From Candidatus Babelota bacterium (lineage in GTDB: Bacteria > Babelota > Babeliae > Babelales > CAIQNR01): a stretch of DNA of 64,000 bases. The translations under genes and the position numbers were made by a program. The stretch lies in the NCBI GenBank assembly GCA_965658655.1, contig CBFHTA010000001.1, positions 457,005 to 521,004 of the forward strand, written 5' to 3'. Below are positions 29,858 through 40,597 of the stretch, one piece after another; position 1 is the first letter of the stretch, and each line of letters starts with the position of its first letter. The notes below the pieces were generated by a model. That model saw nothing but the letters and a program-made list of their open reading frames with translations. It did no database searches and was not told the DNA's origin.

Positions 29858-30007
29858 TTAATCTTCGATAAGTTCTTTAGAGTGTTTTCTTGTTACTTTT
29901 TTCTCAGTCTTAGGTTTCTTTTTCTCAGTTTTTTTACTTAAACATCCTGGTAAAAAAGCTAGTGTTGAAACGCAAAGTAATGCGAAAAATGTTTTGTTCT
30001 TCTTCAT
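29858..30007 (-). CDS. Small Lys-rich lipoprotein (49 aa)
   Basis: MKKNKTFFALLCVSTLAFLPGCLSKKTEKKKPKTEKKVTRKHSKELIED; GGGAG RBS; below the ORF-track cutoff. Confidence 0.7.
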   Translation of the reverse strand: MKKNKTFFALLCVSTLAFLPGCLSKKTEKKKPKTEKKVTRKHSKELIED

Positions 30008-30031
30008 AGATAAAACTCCCTGTTGTAACAG

Positions 30032-32470
30032 TTATTTCTTCTTCGTTGTTTTCTTCTTAATAGTTTTTTTCTTAGGAGCTGGCTTCTTAAAAGGGTTTTT
30101 TACCAACGCTTCTTTTAATACTTCGTCCATAGTAGACGCGTATACAAGATTAATTCCTAAGTCTTGATCAATATCCTTAAGAACTTCAGAAACATCATCT
30201 TTGTTCTCATTTGGAATAATAACCGTTTTAACTTTATGTTGCTTTGCTGCCAATAACTTTTCTTTTATTCCACCAATGGGTAGTACCCGACCACGTAAAG
30301 TGATCTCACCTGTCATAGCAAGATGAGGTTTTACTGCATTTTTACTTAACGCAGAAACTAGAGCAGTACACATGGTAATACCGGCTGAAGGACCGTCTTT
30401 TGGAACAGAACCTTCTGGTAAATGAATATGAATATCTTTGGTTGAGTGGAAAGTTTTTGGAATACCAAGATCTTGTGCACGAGCACGGATGTAACTCAAT
30501 GCTGCATGTGCAGATTCCTGCATAACCTCACCAAGCTGACCAGTCAACGTTAAGTTTCCTTTACCCGGCAGAATAGAGATTTCTACTTCTAGAACATCAC
30601 CACCCAGTTCAGTCCACGCAAGTCCAGTTGCTAGCCCAATGTCTTTTTCGGTTGTTAAAGTTTGTTTTTTGTAGATCGGATTACCAAGCCATTCTATAAG
30701 CAGCTCTTTGGTAACAGTGATAGACTTTTGAGTCTTTTTGTCTAGTAGCTTTTGAATAACTTTTCGCATTACTTTAGTAAGTGTTCGTTCTAGTTGACGT
30801 ACACCTGCTTCTTTTGTGTAGTCTTCAACAACAAGCTTTAAAATGTCATCGGGAAGTTTGCACTGTTGTTTTGTTAAACCATATTCTTTTAAATTTTTTG
30901 GTACTAAAAAGTCTTTCGAAATTTGTACTTTTTCCGTGTCAGTGTATCCAGAAAGCTGAATAACTTCCATACGATCGTACAATGGATACGGAATGCTATC
31001 CATATGGTTTGCTGTTGTAAGGAACATAACCTGTGAAAGGTCGTATTCAATTTCTAAGAAATGATCAGTAAATGCTTTATTTTGTTCTGGATCTAATACT
31101 TCTAATAATGCAGATGCAGGGTCACCATGAATGTCCATAGACATTTTGTCTATTTCATCGAGTAAAATCACTGGATTAACCGTGCTTGCTTTTTTCATAG
31201 CCTGAATAATTTTTCCCGGAAGAGCACCTATATAGGTTCTGCGATGTCCACGAATTTCTGCTTCGTCTTTAGTTCCACCGAGTGCAATACGCACAAATTC
31301 TCGGCCTAAACTCTCTGCTACAGAACTTGCCAACGATGTTTTACCAACACCGGGAGGTCCCACTAAACAGATGATTGGAGAACGTTCAAAAGATTTAGAG
31401 AATTTCTTTGCAGCTAAAAACTCAATAATACGTTCTTTAGGCTTTTTAAGACCAGCATGAAATTTGTTTAAAATTTTCTCTGCTTGCTTTAAGCTAATGC
31501 GATCTTTGCTCTTCTTTGACCAAGGCAATGATGCAATCCAGTCGATATAATGACGACTTACCACAGCTTCAGAAGAAAGTGGTGGCATCTGCTCAAGGCG
31601 TTTTAATTCTTTTTCTACTTTATCAAGCGCTTCTTGCGTTGGTTTTAATGCTTTAATTTTTTCACGCAACTGAGTGAATTCAGTTTGTTGGTCTTCTCGA
31701 CCAAGCTCTTTATGAATCGCTTTTATTTGTTCTGTAAGGTAGTATTCGCGTTGATTTTTTTCTACCTGTGTTTGAATTCTGCCACGAATACGTTGTTCGA
31801 TTTCTAAAATTTCTATTTCTTTTTTCAAAGTAGTAGAGATACGAATCAATCTTTTTTTAAGATCAATCATCTCTAAAATTTCTTGACGTTCATCAAAAGA
31901 TAAATTCAAGTGCACTGCGGTAGTATCAACAATATAATCAATATCTTCTATAGTTGAACCAAGAGTCATTAAGTCTTGGGGAGCTTTTTCGTTGAGCTTC
32001 GCATAAGCAGTATATAATTTTTGGAATGTACGCCACGACGCTTCAAAATCAGCACTTTTCGATTTTGGAGTAGTTTTTAAATCTTCGTAGAGAACGCTCG
32101 TAAAGCCTTCCATTTCTTTATGTTCAATGATTCTTGCACGGTTAATACCTTCAACAAGAATTTTGAGTGAGCCATTTGGCATGCGCATAACTTGTAAAAT
32201 AGTTGAACGTGTACCGTAGTTGTAAAGTGTATCTGGTGCAGGTTGTTCAATATCAGGATCTTTTTGTGCGGTAACAAAAATAGTTTTAGTATCCTTAAGC
32301 GCTTCTTCTACAGCCTTAATAGAGGTTTCTCGGCCAACAATAACCGGTAAAATACTCTTTGGTAGAAGCACTACATTCTTAAGAGGCAAAAGAGGAAGAA
32401 TATGATCTTCTGAACCTGTAACAGGCTCAACAACTTTTTCTGGCGCTATTTGTTCGTTTTGAATATCCAT
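30032..32470 (-). CDS. lon: ATP-dependent Lon protease
   Basis: [24 protein letters not shown] catalytic Ser; probable start MDIQ at 32470. Confidence 0.97.
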   Translation of the reverse strand: MDIQNEQIAPEKVVEPVTGSEDHILPLLPLKNVVLLPKSILPVIVGRETSIKAVEEALKDTKTIFVTAQKDPDIEQPAPDTLYNYGTRSTILQVMRMPNGSLKILVEGINRARIIEHKEMEGFTSVLYEDLKTTPKSKSADFEASWRTFQKLYTAYAKLNEKAPQDLMTLGSTIEDIDYIVDTTAVHLNLSFDERQEILEMIDLKKRLIRISTTLKKEIEILEIEQRIRGRIQTQVEKNQREYYLTEQIKAIHKELGREDQQTEFTQLREKIKALKPTQEALDKVEKELKRLEQMPPLSSEAVVSRHYIDWIASLPWSKKSKDRISLKQAEKILNKFHAGLKKPKERIIEFLAAKKFSKSFERSPIICLVGPPGVGKTSLASSVAESLGREFVRIALGGTKDEAEIRGHRRTYIGALPGKIIQAMKKASTVNPVILLDEIDKMSMDIHGDPASALLEVLDPEQNKAFTDHFLEIEYDLSQVMFLTTANHMDSIPYPLYDRMEVIQLSGYTDTEKVQISKDFLVPKNLKEYGLTKQQCKLPDDILKLVVEDYTKEAGVRQLERTLTKVMRKVIQKLLDKKTQKSITVTKELLIEWLGNPIYKKQTLTTEKDIGLATGLAWTELGGDVLEVEISILPGKGNLTLTGQLGEVMQESAHAALSYIRARAQDLGIPKTFHSTKDIHIHLPEGSVPKDGPSAGITMCTALVSALSKNAVKPHLAMTGEITLRGRVLPIGGIKEKLLAAKQHKVKTVIIPNENKDDVSEVLKDIDQDLGINLVYASTMDEVLKEALVKNPFKKPAPKKKTIKKKTTKKK

Positions 32471-32814
32471 AATAGTAATCCCACATTTGAGCTTAAAATT
32501 AAAACAGATGAGCTTATTCTGTGGCAGACCTCTCATAATCTTTTAAGTAAAACTTTAACCCTTGCTTCTATCCTAACAGAGACCTCTCAATTAGTAAATG
32601 CGAAAACTGCACTTTCTGACTGGAAATTTTTTTAAAAAAGGCGTATAATCCTTTTTTCTTCCTTTTGTGAATGAAATCTGCTTATTATAAGCAATTCGTG
32701 GGACTTATTTCCTACATATACTCTGTATCCAAGTAGGATGCGTATTGTGTGCTCTAGGCTTATTTAAGCTTAAAAGCATACCGGGATTACTTTTTTAAAG
32801 AAGGGGTTACTTTA

Positions 32815-34158
32815 GTGGCCAGTGGCATAATCAATCTTTTGACTTCAGTTTTTAGAGGCTTTGAAAGCCCAGAAGAAAGAAGGAAATTTTCTATCCTAGC
32901 GGTTCTTTTTGGCCTTACCATCGGTGTTTATTGGCTTTTTAGGCCACTTAAGGATAGTGTTTTTTTGACAATGGTAGGTAGAGATTATCAACCATGGGCA
33001 AAAATCCTGTCTATTTTTGTTACTGCTGGTGCGGTACTGGTCTATTCATATTTGGTAGATAAATATCCTCGGCACAAACTTTTATATGGATATTCGCTTT
33101 TCTATGCGGTTCTTTCTATTATATTTGCCTTTTTTATTATTGATCCTCAAGTAGGTTTAGCCAATACAGTAGAAGATCCACACCGTTATATTGGGTGGCT
33201 TTTTTATTTATTTGTGGAGAGCTTTGGTTCAACAATGGTTGCATTGTTTTGGTCTTTTGTTGCTGACACAACTACTCCTGAATCTGCACGCAGAGGGTAT
33301 GCATTGATTGTTTTTGGTGCACAGAGTGGAGGTGTTATTGTGCCTTTGCTTGGTAAGATTGTTATTAACTATAGTTCCTCTGGTTCTGCTATGTTGATTT
33401 GTGTGGTGGGTATTTGTTGCATTCCGGCAGTGGTGTATTACTTCATGCATACGGTTTCTCGCAAGCAGCTTAAAGGTTTTGACGGTAGTAAGAATGCCAT
33501 CGAAAAAGGTAAAAAAAATAAAATAAAATTTTTAGATGGTCTTTATTTGGTAATAAATCGTCCGTATGTTCTCGCCATTTTTACTATGGTAGCGTTTTAT
33601 GAAGTTGTTATTATTATGATTGATTTTCAATTTAAGTGGTTAGCGAAAGCTGCTTATACAGGCGATGCGCTTACTAACTTTTTTACTACCTATGCGATTT
33701 CAATTAATGTAATTGCTGTGTTGAGTGTATTGCTTGGCTCTAAAGGAATTATGCGCAGACTGGGACTTTCGAGAACTTTATTGTTGCTTCCGGTGGTAGT
33801 AGGGACAGCTGCAATTATTGTTAATATGAATCCAGTTTTATGGGTTGCATTTAGTGTGATGGTGATGTGTAAAAGTATTAACTATTCACTTAATCAACCA
33901 GCAAAAGAGCAGCTTTATATTCCTACTTCGAAAAATACTAAATACAAAGCAAAAGCGTGGATCGACATGTTCGGTATTCGTCTTTCTAAAGGAACCGCTT
34001 CTGCTATTAATACGTTGCGACCATTGTTGGGTGTTGCAACATTTACCATGTTGAGTCTTGGGCTCTCTGCTGTTTTGATTTTTGTATGGTTTTTTGCCGC
34101 AGTATTTTTAGGCAAAGAGCATAGTGCAGCTATCGAGCAAGACCGTATTGTTTGTTAA
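32815..34158 (+). CDS. Nucleotide transporter, NTT/TLC (ATP/ADP translocase) family
   Basis: RPLKDS, FVESFGS..VALFWSF, NQPAKEQLYIPT..KYKAKAWID; polytopic membrane protein. Confidence 0.9.
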   Translation: MASGIINLLTSVFRGFESPEERRKFSILAVLFGLTIGVYWLFRPLKDSVFLTMVGRDYQPWAKILSIFVTAGAVLVYSYLVDKYPRHKLLYGYSLFYAVLSIIFAFFIIDPQVGLANTVEDPHRYIGWLFYLFVESFGSTMVALFWSFVADTTTPESARRGYALIVFGAQSGGVIVPLLGKIVINYSSSGSAMLICVVGICCIPAVVYYFMHTVSRKQLKGFDGSKNAIEKGKKNKIKFLDGLYLVINRPYVLAIFTMVAFYEVVIIMIDFQFKWLAKAAYTGDALTNFFTTYAISINVIAVLSVLLGSKGIMRRLGLSRTLLLLPVVVGTAAIIVNMNPVLWVAFSVMVMCKSINYSLNQPAKEQLYIPTSKNTKYKAKAWIDMFGIRLSKGTASAINTLRPLLGVATFTMLSLGLSAVLIFVWFFAAVFLGKEHSAAIEQDRIVC

Positions 34159-34253
34159 TCTAGAAAGGAGTGTCCATATAGTAAAAGGGTGTGGTAAGAA
34201 AAAATTTGAAGTGAATTTTTTACAATAACCAAAATAACATTAAAGAGGTATTT

Positions 34254-35648
34254 ATGTTTAGTGGTATTATTCAGTATTTTTATCCTGATTTAAAAAAAGA
34301 AGAGTTGAATAAGTTTGGTCATTTAGCAGTAGCATTCTTGTTTACTGTTGGAACCTACTGGTTGTTGCGTTTAGTTAAAGACGCTGTGGTTTATGAATTA
34401 GCTTTCCCTACAGAATTGGGTTGGGCTATTGGGTACGGTGCAACAGTTGTAAGATGGCTTAAAACGCTCTCTCCATTTGTTGTTGTAGGTGCTTTAACTG
34501 TTTATACAAGGTTGATTGATGTATTTGAAAAGCAACAACTTTTCTATGTGATTGGAAGTTTCTTTGCAGTTGTTTTTGCAATGATCGCATTAATTCTATT
34601 TGGTGCTGATACACTTGGTTTTCAAGCAATTGGTGCTATTCCTTTTGGTAAAGAAGCATTAGCTGGAGCTGGTTGCGTCGGTTACCTTGCGACTGAAGCA
34701 TTTGGTTCTTTAATGATGGCACTTTTCTGGTCATTTACTGTGAGTAGCTCAACAAGTGATCAAGCAAAACGTGGATTCCCATTTGTTATTGCACTAGGGC
34801 AAATTGGTGCAATTATTGGTTCTTCTTTAATGTTATTTAAAGGAAGTTTTCCAACATGGCCCCTTTACTTTGTGGCAATCGCTACAATCTTTGGTTTGAT
34901 TTTTACTATTAAGAGTCTTGTTGCTTCTGTTCCAGCAGCAGAATTAACAAGTGGAAAAACAGAGAAGAAAAGTAAACCAGATATGCTTGCAGGTCTTAAA
35001 CTACTTTTGACACAGCCATACTTGATGGGTGTGTTTGTAGTTTCAACATTCTACGAAGTTGCAAAAGTAGTGGTTGATATGCAAATGAAATATCAAGCAT
35101 CTGTTATCCCTGGATTTAACTTCCCAAGATTCTTAGGAATCTTTGGTGTATGTGTTAATACTCTATCATTTGTAATGGTATTGTTGGGAACTTCATATGC
35201 TATGAAAAAATACGGTCTTCGTGTTTGTTTGTTGATTTATCCAATTGTATTTGCTGCTTGCTTGGGTGGTATGTACTTCTTCTACTCAACTGGTCCAGAT
35301 GCTACAAGTTTAGTATGGGCAACGTTTGCAGCTATGATGCTTATTACAGCAACTTCATATGCAGTTAATAATCCAGTAAAAGAAATGATGTATATTCCAA
35401 CTTCAAAAGACGCTAAGTTTAAAGCTAAAGGTCTTGTTGATATGGTTGGTGGCCGTGCAGGTAAAATGTCTGGTGCGCAAATTGGTGGTAGCTTAATTGT
35501 TCCTGGCAATGTGTCTGCAAGTATTGCAGGTTTAATGACAACAGGAACACTGATTAGTCTTGGTGTTGTTGGCGTATGGGCACTCGTTGCTGTGTATGTT
35601 GGTATTAAAAATGCACAGTTGGTTAAAGACGGCGAAATTATCGAGTAA
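34254..35648 (+). CDS. Nucleotide transporter, NTT/TLC family
   Basis: RLVKDA, EAFGSLMMALFWSF, NNPVKEMMYIPTSKDAKFKAK..D..GGRAGK. Confidence 0.9.
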   Translation: MFSGIIQYFYPDLKKEELNKFGHLAVAFLFTVGTYWLLRLVKDAVVYELAFPTELGWAIGYGATVVRWLKTLSPFVVVGALTVYTRLIDVFEKQQLFYVIGSFFAVVFAMIALILFGADTLGFQAIGAIPFGKEALAGAGCVGYLATEAFGSLMMALFWSFTVSSSTSDQAKRGFPFVIALGQIGAIIGSSLMLFKGSFPTWPLYFVAIATIFGLIFTIKSLVASVPAAELTSGKTEKKSKPDMLAGLKLLLTQPYLMGVFVVSTFYEVAKVVVDMQMKYQASVIPGFNFPRFLGIFGVCVNTLSFVMVLLGTSYAMKKYGLRVCLLIYPIVFAACLGGMYFFYSTGPDATSLVWATFAAMMLITATSYAVNNPVKEMMYIPTSKDAKFKAKGLVDMVGGRAGKMSGAQIGGSLIVPGNVSASIAGLMTTGTLISLGVVGVWALVAVYVGIKNAQLVKDGEIIE

Positions 35649-35722
35649 AAAGAACATCGCGTTTTTTATTAAACGTGGTACATTAACATGGACTGAGTAA
35701 CTTCATTATAAGGAACTAATCC

Positions 35723-37054
35723 ATGTTGCAAACCCTAGCTCAATTGCTGTGGGGAAAATTCAAAAGCAAGAATGAGTGTTTTAAGTTTATTAGACTGGCA
35801 CTCATTTTTGCTTTTACTATCGGTGTCTACTGGTTAATCAACCCACTTAAAGACACTGTTTTTATAAGTATTGTAGGTAAGCAATGGCTTGCCTACGCAA
35901 AAGTCTTTTCTATCTGTTTTCTTTTTCCTCTTTTGATACTCTATGGCAGACTTGTAGATATGTTCAAACGTCACCGTATGTTTTATGTCATCTGTGGCAT
36001 TTACACTTTGTGTTCGTTGATCTTTGCGTACTTGTTAAGTGACCCTTCTATTGGGCTACCTAATACCGTTGCCAATGGTGGTCGTTTGATAGGTTGGCTC
36101 TGGTATGCATTTGTAGAAAGCTTTGGTTCCTTAATTGTTGCATTGTTCTGGTCGTTTGCTTCTGATACTTCTACACCTGATTCGGCAAAGCGTGGTTTTA
36201 GTATTATTGCTATGGGCGCTCAATTTGGTGGTGTGCTTGGGCCATTGTTTGGATTATGGGTGTCTCAATTTGCTGGCCCTGTACCTATTATTATTGTGGG
36301 TGCCGTTGGTATGTTTAGTATTGGCTGCTTGATTTTCAACTTTATGAAAGTAACGCCATCTTCTGAGTTGGTAGGGTTTCATTCTAATGAACCTACAGCT
36401 AGCTATAGAAAGCCAGCACCAGGTTTTTTTGAGGGATTACAGCTCATTGCTGCTCAACCATATTTATTGAGTATAGTGGCCATTGTGAGCTTGTACGAGG
36501 TAGTCAGTATTTTCTTAGAATTGCATATGAAAATTATGGCCGCCAATGTTTTGCCAAAAGGTGTTGTAATGCAAGGTTTCTTCTTTAAGTATGCCATTTT
36601 TGTTAATGGAGTTGCTTTGACTTGTTTACTCTTGGGAGCAGGGGCTATTGGAAGGGCGCTTGGATTGTCTAGAACGTTATTATTACTACCAACGCTTATG
36701 GGTATTGGTATATGTGCTGTGTGGTGGGCTCCTGGGCTGTGGATGTCTCTTGGTGTAATGGTTATTACGAAAGGCCTCAATTACGCCTTAAATCAGCCTG
36801 TTAAAGAGCAATTGTATATCCCCACAACGCGTGAGTCTAAGTATAAAGCTAAGGCCTGGATAGACAGTTTTGGGTCTAGATTATCAAAAAGTATAGGCTC
36901 CTCTATTCATATGCTCCGTCCTGTGCTACAATCGTTCTTTGTAGTGGTGAGTTCCAGTATTTGTTTTGGACTTATAGGGATATGGATAGCAGCGGCATTG
37001 TTTGCAGCGCGATTGCACGACGATGCTGTTGAAAAGGATTACGAAATATGTTGA
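35723..37054 (+). CDS. Nucleotide transporter, NTT/TLC family
   Basis: PLKDT, FVESFGSLIVALFWSF, NQPVKEQLYIPT..KYKAKAWID. Confidence 0.9.
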   Translation: MLQTLAQLLWGKFKSKNECFKFIRLALIFAFTIGVYWLINPLKDTVFISIVGKQWLAYAKVFSICFLFPLLILYGRLVDMFKRHRMFYVICGIYTLCSLIFAYLLSDPSIGLPNTVANGGRLIGWLWYAFVESFGSLIVALFWSFASDTSTPDSAKRGFSIIAMGAQFGGVLGPLFGLWVSQFAGPVPIIIVGAVGMFSIGCLIFNFMKVTPSSELVGFHSNEPTASYRKPAPGFFEGLQLIAAQPYLLSIVAIVSLYEVVSIFLELHMKIMAANVLPKGVVMQGFFFKYAIFVNGVALTCLLLGAGAIGRALGLSRTLLLLPTLMGIGICAVWWAPGLWMSLGVMVITKGLNYALNQPVKEQLYIPTTRESKYKAKAWIDSFGSRLSKSIGSSIHMLRPVLQSFFVVVSSSICFGLIGIWIAAALFAARLHDDAVEKDYEIC

Positions 37055-37124
37055 GTACTAGCGACATATATAGGAAAAATAAGAAAATGCATAAAGCGTT
37101 AAGAAATTTGACGCGTAAAATTTT

Positions 37125-37155
37125 GGCCTTCTAGAAATTCTAGAGGCCTTTTTTT
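37125..37155 (+). terminator. Intrinsic terminator
   Basis: GGCCTTCTAGA-aat-TCTAGAGGCC plus T7. Confidence 0.7.
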
Positions 37156-37193
37156 GTTGTGGTGTGTGAGTTGTTATTGATCTATAAAGGGTT

Positions 37194-38606
37194 ATGATGC
37201 GCATAGGTATTATGCAAACTTTCAAGGCTTTGTGGGAAATTGAGGAAAAAGAGCAGCTTAAAGCTTTGTTCTTGAGTGGTGCTTTTTTTGCTATTATTTC
37301 TGCTTATACGATTATTAAAGAGTTAAAAGACTCTATTTTTATGAACATTGTAGGCGGGAAAGAGGCAGTTCCTTACGCTAAATTATTTATGATTTTTGGT
37401 TTAGTGCCATTGGTGCTTCTGTATTCAAAGTTGGTTGATTCGGTGCGCCGATACCAGCTTCTTGCTTATTGTGCATGGGTTTACAGTATCATTGGCTTTT
37501 TTTGTGCCATTGTGATTAGTTATGGTGGATTAGGAACAGCAGTTGTTAAACCATATAGTGCCTATTGGTTTTTTGGTTGGTTCTATTATTTCTATATTGA
37601 GAGCTTTTCGCCTTTTATTGTCGGAGTATTTTGGGCATTTTTAAACTCAGTTTCTACTCCTGATTCAGCTAAGAAAAACTATGGTATTTTAATTTCCGTA
37701 TCTAAGCTTGGAGGTATGCTTTCAGCTGGTCTTGCATGGTTCTTGCTTTCTCATTCTGGTCAATGTCATGCTGTTGGTTTAAATGAAACGCGCTTGCATG
37801 CTTTGCTGATTGTTATTTCTTCTGTAATTCTACTAGCGGTACCCTTTATTATTAATTTGATGATGAAAATGGTTCCTGGTCAGTATCTTCATGGGTATGA
37901 AGCTGCTTATCAGTTTGAAAAAAAGCAAAGTAAGGCTGGAGCTAAAGATACTGGGATTTTTAGTGGTCTGCTTATTCTTTTACGTTATCCTTACGCTTTT
38001 GGTATCTTCTGCTCTATCTTCTTTTACGAAGTTTTGAGTGCGATTTTAAGCTATATGCGTTTGGGGGTTGCTCAAAACTCTGCTGCTGACATTTCCGGTG
38101 TAAGTTGCTTCTTGTTTAAAATTGTTTTTTATACTCATATGATAGGTTTTGTTATCTCCCTTTTTGGTACTCGAGTATTGATCTCGTATCTGGGAGAACG
38201 TTTGTCTTTGATGGTCATGCCTATTGTTATGGGAACCCTTTTAATCTATCTCATGTTTAGCTCTTCTCCTGGAGCTTTAATTGCAGCTTTTGTAGCGCTC
38301 AGAGCGATTTACTATGCATTTAATCAGCCGGTAACTGAGGCGCTGTATATTCCAACAGTAAAAGACATGAAGTTTAAATCTAAATCATGGATTGATACGT
38401 TCGGTAAAAAGTTTGCTCGGGGAGCTGGGTCGAGCTTTAATATTCTTGCTACCAGTGTTGCAGGTACAGTGACAAGTGGTGTCCATGGAGTATTCTTTGG
38501 GGGCATTGTCATTTTATGGTCAGTTGTGTCTTTCATGCTTGGTAGGCGTTATGATAGGGCGATTAAGAAGGGTGAGGTAATAGGAGCAGATGAGCTTGAA
38601 GGTTAA
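37194..38606 (+). CDS. Nucleotide transporter, NTT/TLC family
   Basis: ELKDS, ESFSPFIVGVFWAF, NQPVTEALYIPT..KFKSKSWID. Confidence 0.9.
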   Translation: MMRIGIMQTFKALWEIEEKEQLKALFLSGAFFAIISAYTIIKELKDSIFMNIVGGKEAVPYAKLFMIFGLVPLVLLYSKLVDSVRRYQLLAYCAWVYSIIGFFCAIVISYGGLGTAVVKPYSAYWFFGWFYYFYIESFSPFIVGVFWAFLNSVSTPDSAKKNYGILISVSKLGGMLSAGLAWFLLSHSGQCHAVGLNETRLHALLIVISSVILLAVPFIINLMMKMVPGQYLHGYEAAYQFEKKQSKAGAKDTGIFSGLLILLRYPYAFGIFCSIFFYEVLSAILSYMRLGVAQNSAADISGVSCFLFKIVFYTHMIGFVISLFGTRVLISYLGERLSLMVMPIVMGTLLIYLMFSSSPGALIAAFVALRAIYYAFNQPVTEALYIPTVKDMKFKSKSWIDTFGKKFARGAGSSFNILATSVAGTVTSGVHGVFFGGIVILWSVVSFMLGRRYDRAIKKGEVIGADELEG

Positions 38607-38611
38607 GAAAA

Positions 38612-38639
38612 TTGCAAAATTTTCATGATCTGGTAGGCT
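38612..38639 (+). promoter_or_regulatory. rpsB promoter
   Basis: TTGCAA-16 nt-TAGGCT preceded by TCTGG. Confidence 0.6.
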
Positions 38640-38660
38640 TATTCGGGTAATTTATAGTAA

Positions 38661-38703
38661 CACTCACGCTCTCAATCAGGGTGGCTTTATGGCCGAGACG
38701 TGA
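38661..38703 (+). promoter_or_regulatory. Candidate S2 (rpsB) autoregulatory leader RNA
   Basis: TCACG/CGTGA and TCTC/GAGA stems enclosing a GGGTG motif in the rpsB 5' UTR. Confidence 0.45.
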
Positions 38704-38733
38704 CAGATAAAACCCTGCAAAAGGTATTTTTTA

Positions 38734-39636
38734 ATGATTAATTTTAGAGATCTCGTTAAAGCTGGTGTACACTTTGGTCATCAATCATCACGTTGGTGTC
38801 CGCGCATGGCTCCTTATATTTGGGGACAAAAAAACAGTGTGCATTTGATTAACGTTGCAAAAACTGCAAACCAATTAGAAAAAGCTGCAAAGTTTTTAGA
38901 AAATACAATTGGTGAAGGTAAAACAGTTATGTGGATTGGTACTAAGAAACCTGCTCAAGCTGTTGTTAGAGAAGCGGCTACTTCTCTTTCTATGCCGTAT
39001 GTTACTCATCGTTGGATTGGTGGAACATTAACGAATAATTCTCAAGTAAAAAAATCGATCACTAAGTACTTGCATCTTAAAGATGTAATTTCAAAAACCG
39101 ACCGTGGTCACTACACTAAAAAAGAATTCAACATGTTCCAAAAGAATGTTGATCGTTTAGAGAAGAACATTGGTGGTATTGTAAAGCTTAACTGGCCAGT
39201 TGGTGCTATTGTTGTTGTTGACGTTCGTAAAGAAGCGTCTGCAATTAAAGAAGCAGTTTGCATGGGTATTCCGGTTGTTGCGCTTATCGATACAAATGGT
39301 GATCCTCTTGGAATCGATCATGTAGTTCCTGGGAACGATGATTCTCCAAAATCTATTAAGATTCTTATTGATTATTTAGCAGAAGCTGCTCAACGTGGAG
39401 TTGAAGTTGCAAAAGCTAAAAAAGCTGAACAGGAAGCTGAAGCTGAACTTCTAAGAGAGAAGAAGCAAGAAGAGCGCAAAGCTGCAGCTGCCAAAAAAGC
39501 AGCTCCTGCAAAGCCTTCTGAGAAAAAAGAAGCTACTCCTAAAAAAGTAGAAGCTAAACCGGCAGCAAAAGCGGCTCCTAAAAAAGCAGCTGAAGAGAAG
39601 CCTGCGGCTAAAAAAGCAGAAGCTCCAAAGAAATAA
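38734..39636 (+). CDS. rpsB: 30S ribosomal protein S2 with Lys/Ala/Pro-rich C-terminal tail
   Basis: AGVHFGH, RWIGGTLTN, DTN, PGNDDS. Confidence 0.97.
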   Translation: MINFRDLVKAGVHFGHQSSRWCPRMAPYIWGQKNSVHLINVAKTANQLEKAAKFLENTIGEGKTVMWIGTKKPAQAVVREAATSLSMPYVTHRWIGGTLTNNSQVKKSITKYLHLKDVISKTDRGHYTKKEFNMFQKNVDRLEKNIGGIVKLNWPVGAIVVVDVRKEASAIKEAVCMGIPVVALIDTNGDPLGIDHVVPGNDDSPKSIKILIDYLAEAAQRGVEVAKAKKAEQEAEAELLREKKQEERKAAAAKKAAPAKPSEKKEATPKKVEAKPAAKAAPKKAAEEKPAAKKAEAPKK

Positions 39637-39642
39637 TTATTT

Positions 39643-39731
39643 GGAGAGGTGTCTGAGTGGTCGAAGGAGCACGATTGGAAATCGTGTGTACTCGGAAACG
39701 GGTACCGAGGGTTCGAATCCCTCTCTCTCCA
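39643..39731 (+). tRNA. tRNA-Ser(GGA)
   Basis: GGAGAGG acceptor; CACGA-ttGGAaa-TCGTG anticodon arm; long variable arm; GTTCGAATC; CCA not encoded. Confidence 0.95.
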
Positions 39732-39743
39732 AAATAAGATTCT

Positions 39744-39780
39744 AAAAAATAAGTCTCGAGAAATCGGGGCTTATTTTTTT
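39744..39780 (+). terminator. Intrinsic terminator
   Basis: TAAGTCTCGA-gaaa-TCGGGGCTTA plus T7. Confidence 0.75.
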
Positions 39781-40069
39781 ATTCTGCAATAAATAAGTTT
39801 TATTAAGATAAATATAATTTTTTTATTGAGTGGTCTTGCTGCACGTATTAAGTGTATTTAGATTTTTTAGTTTTTGATTTGTTATATTATGTAAAGCTAT
39901 AGGCATTCTTTTTTTTTAGTGTAATCAAGTGTACTTTTGTGATAATGATATCGTTAACAGAAAAAGCTTTTTCGTATTTTATTGAAATAGTCTCTAGTGA
40001 TGACGATCGATTAAAAGAGAGTAAATAAAAGTAAAAATAAAGATGCCTACTTTGCTATTATTTCTTTAT

Positions 40070-40597
40070 TTAAGTTTGAATGGATAGTGCTTCATCAAAG
40101 ATTGGATTGTCTAATGGTCTACCTGTTTTTTGTAGCATGCACGTAATATAATGCACAAAGAGTACTCCTTGTTCTTCAATATATCCTTTTACTTTATAGG
40201 TTTCGTTGATTGTTAGAACAAGTGGTTTAGTACCTATAACGGGGGGTTCTTTAAGGATATTTTTGTATTCAGGTAATGAAGCATCGTGACTACCTTCAGT
40301 GTATTCGGAAGGTAAATTTCTTTCTGGTCGAACACTAATTTCATGCAGAAAAAAAGATTCTTTTTCTGCAAAATTAAGAGATGTGTTTTTACCTGGCTCT
40401 AATGCAAGTGTTATAGCGTCTTCATAATCTGTTTTAGCTAGAGGGGTTCTCATTTTCAATAGCATAGAAACTTTACAGGCCATATTGGTAAGAAGATGAA
40501 GGGGATGCTCTGGTCGTTTTAAAGGTTTGGGGGCAGATGCTGATAGAATAGTTAGAGTGTAAAAATTAAGAGTAATAAAAAGTAGGAGTAGTTTCAT
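40070..40597 (-). CDS. Secreted hypothetical protein
   Basis: MKLLLLFITLNFYTLTILSAS signal peptide. Confidence 0.65.
   Translation of the reverse strand: MKLLLLFITLNFYTLTILSASAPKPLKRPEHPLHLLTNMACKVSMLLKMRTPLAKTDYEDAITLALEPGKNTSLNFAEKESFFLHEISVRPERNLPSEYTEGSHDASLPEYKNILKEPPVIGTKPLVLTINETYKVKGYIEEQGVLFVHYITCMLQKTGRPLDNPIFDEALSIQT

Noticed and set aside
32690..32800. Riboswitch in the NTT leader
   Set aside because: Only short hairpins; no recognisable aptamer consensus by eye (an Rfam scan would settle it)
39780..40070. Island integrated at tRNA-Ser, or a dif site near 39880
   Set aside because: No duplicated tRNA 3' end or integrase found; only a weak partial match to one dif arm
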